A stretch of DNA of 47,411 nt, the filler included, from Streblomastix strix (taxonomy: Eukaryota): NCBI GenBank assembly GCA_008636045.1. It is 2 parts of 2 records of this genome, joined end to end, with 100 filler letters (N's around TTAATTAATTAA, not from the genome) between each part and the next. Parts side by side here need not be neighbours in the genome. Positions count along the whole stretch, not along the records: positions 23,758 to 47,411 come from SNRW01000268.1; 1 more part is not named here. One strand, 5' to 3'. The notes beneath the pieces are model-generated. The model was not told the DNA's origin. It saw only the letters and a list, made by a program, of their open reading frames with translations, and did not search any database. The position numbers and the translations under genes are program-made. Below, piece after piece: positions 23,758 to 37,000 of this stretch (position 1 is the stretch's first letter; each line of letters opens with the position of its first letter).

Positions 23758-26700
23758 TTCATTATCTTATTTATACACTAGGATAAATCCAAGAATAGAA
23801 ATTGATATATATTAATAAAAGTCATTTGATATTTATTATCTTTTTAATTTTAATCTAATATTTTCAGAAAAATCAGTTATTAATTTACATTCATTTTGAT
23901 TCAAATTATTTAGTAAATCTTAATATTTTCTTTTTTATGTGAAATTATCCTTTTTATGTTATAAATTACAGAAATACTATCCTAATTCACTTTAATCTTG
24001 TATTTCTTTATCATTATTAATTTATTAATTTATTTATTAACAAATTTAGCATTTATCAGTTTACCTTTTAGTTGGTATTACTCTCTATCTTAAAAATAAT
24101 TTAAATGGGCTGATCCGCTCAGAACCAACGAGTACTATTTTTTAATGTAAACATCTTTAAAGCAATTTTAGAAACTTTTTTCGTAAGTGAAAAAAACTTA
24201 ATTTTGTACATCTAGAAAAAAACGCGAAAAATTTAATCTTGATATTAAAGCCGCAGGAATGCTATATAAGTTTATTATTTATAATTATATTTGAGTATTA
24301 AATGTTTATGATGCAGCAATTGCAAATTCGTTAATTTTTTGCTGCAGTTGAAGAAAAAAAAATCAAAATTTGATATTTTTCGTTTTTTGTGTCATATACT
24401 TGTTCAAACACTTCAATTTTGGTGAATTCAATAAAATGAAATTATATATAAATAGTTTTTATCATCAGATTTATTTTACGTTTGAAGCGAGAAGCGCAAT
24501 TCGCAAAAAAAAATAAAAAATGTCATTTTATAACATGCAACTATATAATTATGAATTTTTTATTCCAAAATATCTAAAAAAAATATAAACTATGAATTTA
24601 GAACAAAAAACAACAAATATAATTAAAATAACCGTAAAAAATAAAAAAGAAGAAAAAATCTAATTTCAGCCGCCCTTGCAGCGAAAACTGTAATATTTTG
24701 TGATAAATATAATTTAAAAAAATATAAAATAAGTTTTATTACAATATAATGAAAAATGCAACCACATTGATGAAAATAAACTTAGATTATTTTTTTCGCA
24801 CTTTTTTCGAGTTATGTTAAATTAAGTTTTTTACATTAATGAAAATAGTTTCTAAAATTATTTTAAACATTTATGTAACAAAATTATATTGATGTCGCTC
24901 GAGGGCGGAAACACCCAAATAGAGAAAATGATATTGATTAATTTTAATGTTCTTACTTATATATTTAATATAATTCTCTTCTCGTGTATGGTGTAGTTAA
25001 AATGTTAAATTTTTCATAATTTTCCAAGTTTCTTTTGTATTTTCTTTTAATATGAGTAATTTTTTATGTTGTTTGAAACATTGTATTATTGTTTATTATC
25101 TCTGTAAAGAAAGGAATACTCTAATATATTTATTTTTACGCTTTATTTTTATTCAATTTTTATTTTTTATTTATATTTTTATAGTTTTCCTCAAAGGTAC
25201 TATCATTTTAATCATCATCCTCACTTTCAGTATCACTGTCATTCACATTCTCACTATCACTATGATATTCAAAAAGACAATTCTCATAATTATCATTATT
25301 AATTAAATTAACTACTTCAATACCATTAATTCTCTCAATATCAATTTCAATATTCTCAGAAAAAGTTAGATTTTAAACTAATTAATGATTTTATTAAATT
25401 TATTAAAATGAATTTTAATTCATTTCATTAGGAAAAAATAATTGATTTTGAATTAAAGATTAAATTTATTATTAACTTGATGGAGATTAAAATGGGTTAA
25501 TATTTAAATCGCTTTCATTCTATTTAATATTTGGTGTACTCAATGGATTAGTACATATAGATGAATTTTATTTATTTGAATTCTATTATAAATTTTATTG
25601 AAATTGAAATGGAGATGAATTATTTAATTAATTATTAATTGAATGTATTTTATTTTTTTATATGTTATTAAGTTAATTTATTATTATATTATTATGAAAT
25701 TTTTCTTTATTTACTTAGATCAAATTGTTATTATTTACTAAATTGGCTTTTATTTATATTTATTAAACTTATTATTAGTCAAAGTTAGATTTTAAATTTG
25801 ATATTCTATTATTTATTTTCTGTTTATTAATTTTTTTTATCATTAATTTATTTTATTTAATTTAATTTATAATTGTTTATTTCATTTTCATTAATATTAT
25901 AATCCACTTAAATATCTGTTTCCTTCAATTATTAATTTTATTCAAAGTTTATTGAAAGTTTATTATCATCAAAATTAATTTATAATTGTTCCGTTTGAAG
26001 ATTACTATTATTAATTGCCATTTATTCTTACTATTCATCAATTATTACTTGAACATTTTTTAGTTAACAATCATTTTCTTATTAAATTTATTATGAATAA
26101 TTAATGTTCAATAATTCAGGATATTAATTAAGTTTCTGATCTTTTTTCTTAACTAATTTTTCAAATTTTTGCTTTTTTCCAATTTGTTCATGAATTTATT
26201 TTGTTGGCTTTTATATTTTAATTTAATTTTTTATTACTTCATCAAATTTATGTATTCTAATAAATCTAATAATATTAGATTATTCACAATAAGGCTCAAT
26301 AAATGTCATTATAGATTGATAATTATTTAATGTGAATTTTTGTTTCTAGTTGAATTAATTGAATTGTTTTTGCACTCTTTTTGCATCTCAAATAGAATGA
26401 GAATTTATTAAAAACCCTCTTTTTCTTAAGTTTGTTGTACTTGATTCCAAATTTGCGATAAGTAATAAAAATTGTTTCTTATCTTTTCTTCCAATTTGAT
26501 TGTAATACGATGCTGCACGATTAAGAAATTTGTATTTATTTATATTTTCGTCTGCTAATATCTATTATTTAATTTTCTTTCCCTCTACTGAATTATTCAA
26601 GAAGAAAATTGTATATTCTCCAATTTAATTCTGTGTGAGTTTCTTCGTGATTGAGATGAAAAAAGACATAAATCGTTTTTGACAGGATAGCTATTGTGAT

Positions 26701-26762
26701 GTAAAACTCATAAATATTAGTAACTTTTAAATTACAGATCATATTCTTTCAATGTGCAGCAT
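23758..26762 (-). pseudogene. Sola-like (probably Sola2) DDE transposase pseudogene, interrupted by a MITE and truncated by the contig end
   Basis: After removing the MITE and one TSD copy it reads RRELYQIYKQEHQNQSISFSLFKLFLRQRVIPTKRQTDKCQIC...LLNNLNQNECKLITDFSENIRL..QQISNDFY (DFSEN 23860-23874, CQIC 24040-24051). The upstream part from ATG ~26762 has several TGA stops, frameshifts and an acidic tract. The superfamily call rests on recalled motifs. Confidence 0.6.
24107..24916. mobile_element. 810-bp non-autonomous DNA transposon (MITE) with diverged terminal inverted repeats and 4-bp TSD
   Basis: 24107-24239 aligns without gaps to the reverse complement of 24784-24916 (90/133 identical by hand count). 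Ends are GGG...CCC, AAAT flanks both sides (24103-24106, 24917-24920), and excision restores the flanking reading frame. Confidence 0.88.
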
Positions 26763-28379
26763 TTCTAAAAAAAATAAAAAACTTTAATTTAAATATTATT
26801 GAACATTTAATTTAAATTTTATATAAAAATTTTTATAGAATAAATATTAATATATATATTATTTTGTATAAAATTAATGATAGTGTTAAACTATTTCGTA
26901 TCCAGAAAGGAGTTATTGTCGATTTAATGCTATAACATTTCAATTAAGATTATGCAAATAGATCATTTGTTGATGATGACAAAGTTACACATGGCAAATA
27001 TAAGCGTTTGAAAAAAGAGAATAAAGCAGCTTATAATAGATAATTTATCATTGAAGATTATAGCATACAAATGGCTCAAATGTTGAAATTTGGTTACGCA
27101 GCGTATTGAAAAATTTAACTCGATACAATAGATGATGAAATTGTTATAATAATGGGTGAAAATATGGAAAGAGCAATATAAAACGGTTAGACGCTTTAAT
27201 GCAAAAATCAAATGTCAATAATAGAGATTATTGTGCGAGAAATACGATTGCAAGACTAAAATTCGGAGCGAATGGAATGATGAGCAGAATTCGTCCTGTT
27301 CTAATCGACTTTACAAATTAGCTCGATAATTATGAAGAAGATGCGGATTTATGAGGATAATACATTTTTTTCAAAAATTTTTTTTGTGCATTATTGGTAT
27401 TTTTTACTTTTAGCAAAGTAATCTTGAGCTTTAGAAAGTAAAATTTTGGAAGTGATTTCGGACACTTCTCGCGAGTGGTATTCAAAGGTTTTGTTCTATA
27501 TCACTAACAGAGTATCAAGAACGCATTGAGTCTGAAATTTCTATAGAATGCCACAATTATCCTGAATATTTATAAAATTTTTTATTGTTTCATTAATGAA
27601 TTGAACATTAAATGTATTTTTTGAGTGAAATTAAGAATATTTGTTTAATAAGATTTTTAAACCTGTCAGTAATGATTATTATTAAAAAGATGAGTTAAAA
27701 TTTGAAATACAACAATATTTTGAGGAAAAAGTGTATAAAATTAATTTTTTATTGTTCTCAATATTTTTTACTAAATCATACTACTTTGAATCAATAAATA
27801 TCTTTCTTTATTTAATTTATATATATTTCAAATAAATATTTCATAATTTATTTAAATGCTTGTATAAATTTTAATTTTTAAAGATGTAAACAGTGTGATT
27901 TTGATTTCACAACAGGTTTTGACTCTATCAATAATTTTATAAAAAAAAATTCAAGAAAAATTTAAATTTTTTTATTGATAATAATTAAACAAAATTATTT
28001 AAAATTATTTTAAATATTTCATTAAATTCATTATAGTAGCAATTTATTAAGTTAAATTTAAATTTAAATAGTTAAATTTTTACTTTATAAATTATTTAAT
28101 TTCAAAATTATTGTAATACTACAGTATTAATGTTTGTAAATTATTAATTATTTTTAATAAATTTCAAATCTTCAATTAAATTATTCAATTATAAACTATT
28201 TATTATTAATGCTTAGATAACAATTCAATTTTAAATAAAAATGATTAAAAACTAAATAATATTTTGTTATATTTAAATTTACTTTTGTAAATTTGTGATA
28301 TATGTGTATATTATTACCTAATTTTTATAATTTAATCTGATATTTATATAAAAATATTTTTTAATTTTTCAGAACTTTT

Positions 28380-30108
28380 ATGATGAGTAAATTATCAAAG
28401 TAAGATACTCCTATACCAGGGTATAGAATAATTTCATATGATGCTAAGCATCCTCGATATCGTATTCCCCATGAAAATTAATACGAGGAACATTACCAAG
28501 ATCATTTCACAAAATTAGATACAAGATTTCCTGCATTATATGGTAAATTTTGTCTCCCAGATCCCGATCCCCCTGAAAATATTAGTGCAGCATATTAAAC
28601 TTAAAAATTCCATGGAGATGTAAGAGAAATTTTTGATGCGCACGATCGTGCTATTAACTACAATGAAATAGCACAAGATCATTACAATGATGAAATCCAT
28701 AAATAAGATGATGCTCTTTTTGAACTCAGGGATATTACTCATACTATGCAAGAGGCTGTAAATAAACGAAATCGAGAGAATATGAGGAAAAAATTCGAAT
28801 CTTGAAATTAACCAAAGAAGAAGAAAGCGAAATTACATCCTCTATGGGGATTTAACGAAGAAAATAATACTCATAGTGTAGAAAATATTATATCTCATCC
28901 TTATGACCATACAACTGCTTTTGGATCACAATAGCCTGCATTTACATATGGAGATCGTGAACGTAAAATTGAAGAATAAACAAGGAGATCTGCATAATAA
29001 ATGGAAAAATAGAGAACAAATGAAGTATTGCATGCACTATCTGATTATGATCATAAAGAAAGAATGTTAAACTTAAGAAAGAATGGAAATACAATGAATG
29101 AAAAAATAAATTATGATTTAAGCAAATTATTTTATGGAAAAGATCAAATAGGAGTAAAAGGAGGAAGATAAGAAGAAGATAATGATTATTATAATAAAGG
29201 TAAAATATCTAATGATAATCGAAATAGTTTATCTGATTAGGATAAGAAACTTTAGTCTGAAATTTAGTAAAAAAGAAGAAAAGCAAACATATAAGAATCT
29301 GAATAGATCTTAAATGATCTTTAATAGAATAGAATGCCTAAGCTGTCATTTGAAGTTATTGATAAATATATTTAAGAATAAAATATAGATGTGGATTAAG
29401 AGAAGTAAAAATATGAGGAAGAGTAATAACAGTTAGAAAAATAAAGATTTTAATAGTTAGGAACAGAAGAATAATTAAAATAACTAAGTTAAATAGATTA
29501 TATATAATAAGAAGGAGTTTCTTAGTAAATGCCAAGAATAATGGAATCAATACCAGGACATCCTATATAACAATAAAAATAATAACAGTTTAATTTGTTA
29601 AAGAAAATGAAAGAAAATAATAGTAATATAATGCAACAAACAATAAGATATGATCCTGTTTCAGCGTAAATTGTTGATGAGAGTAGCCCAGAAAGAGAGA
29701 AATATCCTTCAGCTATGCCTTCATTTGCTTCTGAATAATCTCTTCCTATTCTCTCACAAACTCCTCATTTATAACTCAAAGTTGCATCTCCTTAGTAGTA
29801 TCATAATTATAACTCATATTCTACATTTAATAATATAAATAAATAATAATAATTGAATTTATCAGGAATATAGAGATAGATTGCTATTGAATAAGATAAT
29901 AAAATATAAGAATTTGCTGAAAGAACTGGAAGACCAACAGTATTTATACCTCAAAATGATATTCGTATTTAACCTGTAAATGATAGATAACAATAAGTAA
30001 ATAATTATAATTCAAAAGATATTGAAAATTAATAATAATATTATATTTCCTCTTCTATAAAAAAATAAATTCAATCAAACAAATCTTAAAAAAAATCAAA
30101 CAAAATAA

Positions 30109-30168
<60 letters not shown>

Positions 30169-33100
30169 TTGATCATATTGGAATACATAGAAGTATTAGT
30201 CCTCATCCAATTCCTCATTCACCTTAACACTCATAATCTCCTCCAAGATCATCACCAACAATAAATTAATATTCTTAGTCAAATAATAATACTGGTTCTA
30301 ATAAATTTATTCTTCAACGATCTTCGTCTCCTTTTAATTAATTATCATAATAGCATACATAATCTTCAATACAATAAGATTTTAATAACTAATAATAATA
30401 TCAATATACTCATTCACCACCATTAAATACCCATTCCCAATCTAATTCTTAAATCAACGTATCTTAAACTCAGACTCATCCAAATATTGAGAGATTTCAT
30501 TCTCATTATTCATAACCTTCATAAACATAAACATAATAACCACACAATTCAATATAAATATATGAATTATAATCAAAGAGTAATCCTATTCCATTATTCC
30601 CTTCTCCTTCTCCATCCGATTAAATTACTCGATCTAATAGAACTGATATTACTGTCCCTACTTCTAATTAAAATGAATATATTTCTAAATCATAATAATC
30701 TTCTTCTTCTTCTTCATCTTCTTCATCCTCATTGTCATCTTAGTAATAATAAAGAAATTCAAATTAAAATTTACCCTCACCTTCTCTTAATACACAGCAT
30801 TATTCATCTTCTTCATTATAATCATCTCAAAAATCATCCTAATTATCAAATTAAAAAAATTCATATTCATTAATTTCTGCACATAATAAGAAACATAAAA
30901 GATCAATTAAATAATACTAAAATCAATAACAATCTCCTTCTTCTTTAATATCATCTTAACTTTCATAAATTTCATCATAATTGTTATAATAACCATCAAC
31001 TTCTTCATAATAAACTCCTTTGTCTTCTAATTCATAATCATCCTCTACATAATAATCTTCTTCTTCATCATCATCATCATCTTCTTCCTAATAATAATCT
31101 TCCTCTCCTTAAACTTCTTCTTCCTAATAGTAATCTTTAGCTCCATAATAATCTTCTTCCTCTTCATCATCTTCTTCTTCCCAATAATAATCTTCCTCTT
31201 CTTCTTCTTCCTCACCAACTTTATAACATCAATAATAATCTTCATTATAAAATGTTAATCAATAAATATCTACAAATAATTTATTATAACCCTAATCTTA
31301 ATTATAATAATAACCTTATTATTAAAAAGAAGAATAAATTCCATTAATATATCCATTATCTTAATCTATTAGTTCACCAAATTATGAATATTCATCTCAA
31401 TAATCACCTAAACCATTGTCTTCTTCTTAATAAACTTCATAATTACATCAATTAGATGAATAGTAAATAATTAAGCAACAAATTTAAACTAGTTAATAGC
31501 CATTATCATACTCATAATCTACAACAATATCATCTCCTCATTCTTATCTTTAATCTTCTTAAAGATCTTCTGATCCATAATTAATTTAATAAACATAATA
31601 ATCTCTAACATAAATAGAATCATAACTAAATCCTTCACTTTCATCTTCGTCTTCTTCATCATCTTCTTCTTCATCATCTTCTTCTTCATCGTAATAGTCT
31701 AAATAATCAACACTATCATAACCGTCTTTATTATATAAACATAATTCTTCATTATCATAATCCATATCATAACAACAACCGTAATATTAAGATAACAATG
31801 TTTAAAAATAGTTAAAAGACAAAGATTAATAAAGTAATTCATAATCGTAATCATCATAATCTTCTTCCTCATCGAGATTTTCATAAGTTAGTGAAATAGA
31901 ACTTGAATAAGTTGGTTCTATACATGAAAAACCATCTGTATCAGCGATAACAAATGAATATGAAAATGATCTATAAGGAAAAAATGGAAATGAAAGCTAA
32001 TCATATTTATCTCAATCAAAATCATAATCAAAATCAGCTTTAACAGCAGAAGGCTCATAATAAAATATCAATTTATAATAAAAATAGAGAGAAAAAGATA
32101 AAATAGAAACAATGAACGGATAAATATAAGAAAATAAGAAAGATTATATTACTTAATATTAAAATAATTAAGTATATAAAGAAGATGAAAATGATACTAA
32201 TAGATAAAAATAAAATGATATCATGAATAGTAATGAGTATGATAGAATTATAAATTAATAAGAATAAAGGAAAGAGAACGAGTAGTAATCAATGGATGAC
32301 ATAAAGAAAGAGAACATGAAGTTGAATGAGAAAGATTAAGAGAATGAAAGAGAATAATAAAATATTAATTAGAATGATATTCAAAGAAGTGAATACTAAA
32401 TATAATCTTAATCTTTACTTCATACGCCCCCATCGTTAGTTAATGATCATATTGATAGTAATAAAATAAATAAGAGTAATAATAAGAAAGAAAAATAAAG
32501 GAGTTAAGTCATTTAAACTGACAGAGGTAAAGAAATTGGTATTAATAATAATATTGTCTAAATTAATAATTTAATTAGAATTTTGTTTCATTGGTTTATT
32601 TTTTTTTAATTCTTATTTCTGTAATAATATAATAGGAATTTATAATTAAAATTCTTCTCAAATTATATTATCACAATCATTACCTTATGTTTCATCCTCT
32701 TCTTTTCTTTCAAACTAATCAAAATAAGATTTAAATTAAAATAAGAATACTAATAATAATATTTAATAGGAAAAATAATTTTCTACACAAAACTAGCAAA
32801 AATAATCAATAATATAATCCAAACTATAATAAATATAAACATACCCTACTCCAATTAAAAATATTTCAAATCTTTCTGATGGCCCAATTACTAATATATA
32901 AGAACAAGAATAATAAAGTGAAAAGGAGAATTAATAATCATATAATATATTTCATAGTATGTAAGAACCATCTTTTTCTTCACCTTAATCTGAATATCTT
33001 TCTTCTCCCTAATAACTTTTACAATAATAATATAAAACTGTAGATGCTGAATAAGAAGTTTCTTCTTCATCTTATACAGAATCAAATTCTAATATTGATA

Positions 33101-33621
33101 ATAATATTGATAATTATAATTATAATGATAATGAATAATATTCTCACTAATTATCTTAATCTCAAACTCCAAATAAATATCTTTAATAATATCTTTAATA
33201 ATAGAATTCATATTCCAATCCCTTATAAGAAGGTACATCAGATATGATTGCAATTGATACAAAAATGATTGAGAATATGGAAAGAAATTAAAATATAAAT
33301 AGGAATATTAATAATTAAATTAATAATACTGATTCAAATATAGATATATTGGATGATGATATTTTGTAAGGACAAGAATAATGGTAAAGTGAATTAAGTG
33401 GATATATAGACAATTAACAATATAATAATAATGATTATAATTAGTAAGAAACATAAACATAACCATAATTTATTAATTAAAATATTATTTAGGCCGCTTC
33501 AGCTATGCAAATGCATAAATATAATTTTGGAGATAAGGTGTTTGATTAAAGTCCAAACAGAAAGAAATTTCATTTAATTTAAGAAACGGATCAAGAGGAG
33601 GAAATACCTTAAACATATTGA
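28380..33621 (+). CDS. Uncharacterised, largely low-complexity Q/S/P/N-rich protein (~1710 codons; exons 28380-32526 and 32636-33621) with one internal TGA
   Basis: Starts MMSKLSKQDTPIPGYRIISYDAKHPRYRIPH. The frame stays open under TAR=Q except for TGA at 28803-28805. A GTAAAG...AATAG intron lies at 32527-32635 and the final TGA is at 33619-33621. No domain was recognised. Confidence 0.7.
30111..30167 (+). repeat. (TAA)19 in-frame, encoding a polyglutamine tract
   Basis: Pure TAA run in the coding frame of the 28380 gene, followed by TTT GAT CAT ATT GGA. Confidence 0.85.
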
Positions 33622-34019
33622 ATCATTTTTTTTAATTTTGTCTTTCTTCCAATCTACATTTCACTTGTATAATTATTTTTTATAATATAAAAATTAAGAC
33701 ATTAATAAGATATATATGTAACTTAACAAACTATGCACTTGTACATCAAGTTTCTGTTTTCGCATAAACCATAGACTATATTTTTTCCGAGACAAAAGTT
33801 CGTTTCTTGAGCTAGCATCTTCTTCCTTGGATTGCAACAATTATTGCCAAGCTACTTTAAAAATAATATCAATTTTTTAAATCAAAACTAGCCAAGAAAC
33901 AGATCCAAAACTTGATCCTGCATTTTTCGCACATACTTTCATTCCGCGTGAAATTTTTTCAATATTTTTTATGTTACTTTTTATAAATTTTATGTTATGA
34001 ATATTTATTTTGGTAGAAA

Positions 34020-37000
34020 ATGACGCTGGTCCTGCTTTCAGTCATTTTTGTTTCTGTGACTTTTGGTGATGTTTCCTTACCATCTACAGCCATTTAATCT
34101 AATTTTGGTCCAAGGGTTGGAAATATTTCCGACGAAACCATACGTCTTGATTAGGATTTTGTCGATAGAAACGTTCCTCTTGTGAGTCGCACAGTGGATT
34201 TTCATATTTCCAACGCAATTATCACAGCAGATTAATCCCTTACAACCACAACCAGTCTCATATATATAGAAGGTGGAAGTACATAATTTACGAGTGCTTA
34301 CTTTATGTTATTATCACTTGGAGCACCATTATTGGAAGTAAGCTATGAAAGTATATAAGTCACTGTTTCTGTTGAAAACAGTTAGTTCTAATAGTTAAAT
34401 TGCACAAGCAATCTTATTTATTTGCATAGTGAGAGTGGAACAATTAGTTTTGATAGTTCACGTTTCTACCTACTGAATATCTCAGGGAATAGTGGTTCAG
34501 CCTTTTTTATTGAAACTGGATCAGTAGAATTGAATTATATCGAGTTTAGAGATTCCGTAGTATCTGGGTATTTTATTCTTATTATTTCAATTAAGTGATT
34601 TTTCAATTTGCTCCTTAACATATTTTTTAATTTTTTTATAGTAATTCATCTATATTGTTTATTGGGAACAATTCCAAAATCATAACTGTTAATGATTGTA
34701 CTTTCAGACAGATTAGAAAAGGTATTGAGATTATTTTACATTTACTTATTTGGAATCACATTCTACTTATTAGATATAAATCAGGAAACAGTTTTATCTA
34801 AGTCACCAACCATTGTTGCAGACATTAGTAAAGATGTAAAAGCTTAATAATATACATTTAGTAATTGTACATTCTAAGAATGTGGAGTACAATAATAAAG
34901 GTTTATTTATTAAAAAAAGAAAAATAGAGTTAATTATTTTATATATTATATTATCGCATTTTACAATCATTCTACAATACATATAACTATTTAGAATTTC
35001 AACTGGAGGCATTTACTTAAACTTAGGATTAGATTCACCAGTAGATCTTTCATTACCAAATAATAAATAGATAACAATAATTAAAACCAAATTTTTGAAT
35101 TGTGCAGGATAAGAAAGTGGAGCTATTTATATATATGGAAATTTTTGTTCATTACTGAAATTTATAGATTTAGATTTTGATAGAAGTGGATTATCAGCAG
35201 GATAAACTGGAAGTATTAACTATATTATTCAATTGTAACTATTTATTATTATCATTATTATTCAATTGTAACTATTTATTATTATCAATAATATTCAATT
35301 GTAACAATTTATTATTATCATTATTATTCAATTGTAACTATTTATTATTATATTATTTATCAATTGTAACTATTTATTATTATATTATTTATCAATTGTA
35401 ACTATTTATTATTATATTATTTATCAATTGTAACTTTTTATTATTATATTATTTATCAATTGTAACTATTTATTATTATATTATTTATCAATTGTAACTA
35501 TTTATTATTATATTATTTATCAATTGTAACTATTTATTATTATATTATTTATCAATTGTAACTATTTATTATTATCATTATTATTCAATTGTAACTATTT
35601 ATTATTATATTATTATATTATTTATCAATTAGTCCCTCGTCGCAGTGATGTTCTATTTTCTGAAGAAGCCAAATTCTTAACAAAAGTAATAAGGACGGAA
35701 GAGAATGATACAATTGATGGAGATAATTGGCACACTTTTGAAGGATGCAGAACAAATAACAGGTTTCACACTTATATATTATATGGATTACATATTTGTA
35801 AATATTGAATATAACACAAATTAACATTAATTTATTATTTTTATTCTATTTAATTCTATTTAATATTCATTATTTATATAATAAATTATTAAGAGGATAA
35901 TCAGTAACATTACGTAATTGGGTTATGGAAGGAACAAATTAATCATTTTAACCGATTAATTTATATTTTAGTGAAATATTTGTTAAATCATCACTTTAAT
36001 ATCCATCCGAAAGAGGAGGTTTGCTTTATATGAATAATAATATAAATTTATACAATATAATTATTATCTTTCATTTATCTTTACTGAATAATTCTTTGCT
36101 TTTATACATTAAAGGAGGAACAAGAGAAAAACCAATGAGATTAATAGAAGATGCTTTGGATGATGCTTTTCCATATGTTAATGAAAGAAAAACCATTGAA
36201 TTTATTGATGAATAAACAATTACTAATGGAATTGTATTGGATGATAACTGTATGATTAATTATTGAAGAATATGAATTCTTATTATTTGCAATAATTTCT
36301 TTGTATTATATCAATATAATAGATATTGGAGCATACACGTTATAACCAGATTAATAAATTTCTGATGATTATATGATTAATCATCCTTCTGTGTTGATTC
36401 CTTACTATCAATCTAATGCACTTATTAGTATAAAAAGTGGGAATGTATGAATAATTAATTAATTATCAATCTATTGATGTAATTTAATTTGATATTTAAT
36501 TTATTAAATAGATTCGTCTTCGTCAACTCAAAATTATTACAAAAGCAAATTTTGCAGGCTCATAATGTTTATTTGAGCTTGGAAGAACGTCCGAACAAGG
36601 AAATTTAGCAACAAGATAAGGTATTTTTTTTTCTATTAGTTAATTAAATAATAATAACAATATTTTTATTATTCATAATCATTATTTACTATTAATATTT
36701 AATTAGCTCGTCTGCAATTAGTTAATTGTACAATAGCTGCTGAATAAACAGGAGAAACACAAAGAACAATAAGAAGATCAACATTTTTGGTTCATTATGG
36801 ACAACTGGATGTTGATACTACAATTATAGAATCATTTTCTTAGTCAGCTGATACATCTATCTTTTAATATGTATAATCTCAATCTATTCCATATGGTCAA
36901 AATTAACTTGTTATTTGGATTACTCAATCAAAGTTTTTTAATCTTACTGTTGATTAATGTATGTTATTATGATTTAATTTAATCTTTTATTAATAAAAGA

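Noticed and set aside
21668..26762. Composite PolB plus DDE-transposase self-synthesising element
   Set aside because: The two genes are separated by an artificial contig linker, so their adjacency is not evidence of linkage.
26900..27560. Coding-like plus-strand segment upstream of the transposase
   Set aside because: The frames checked break at TGA within about 75 codons, with no recognisable motif and no TIR partner found.
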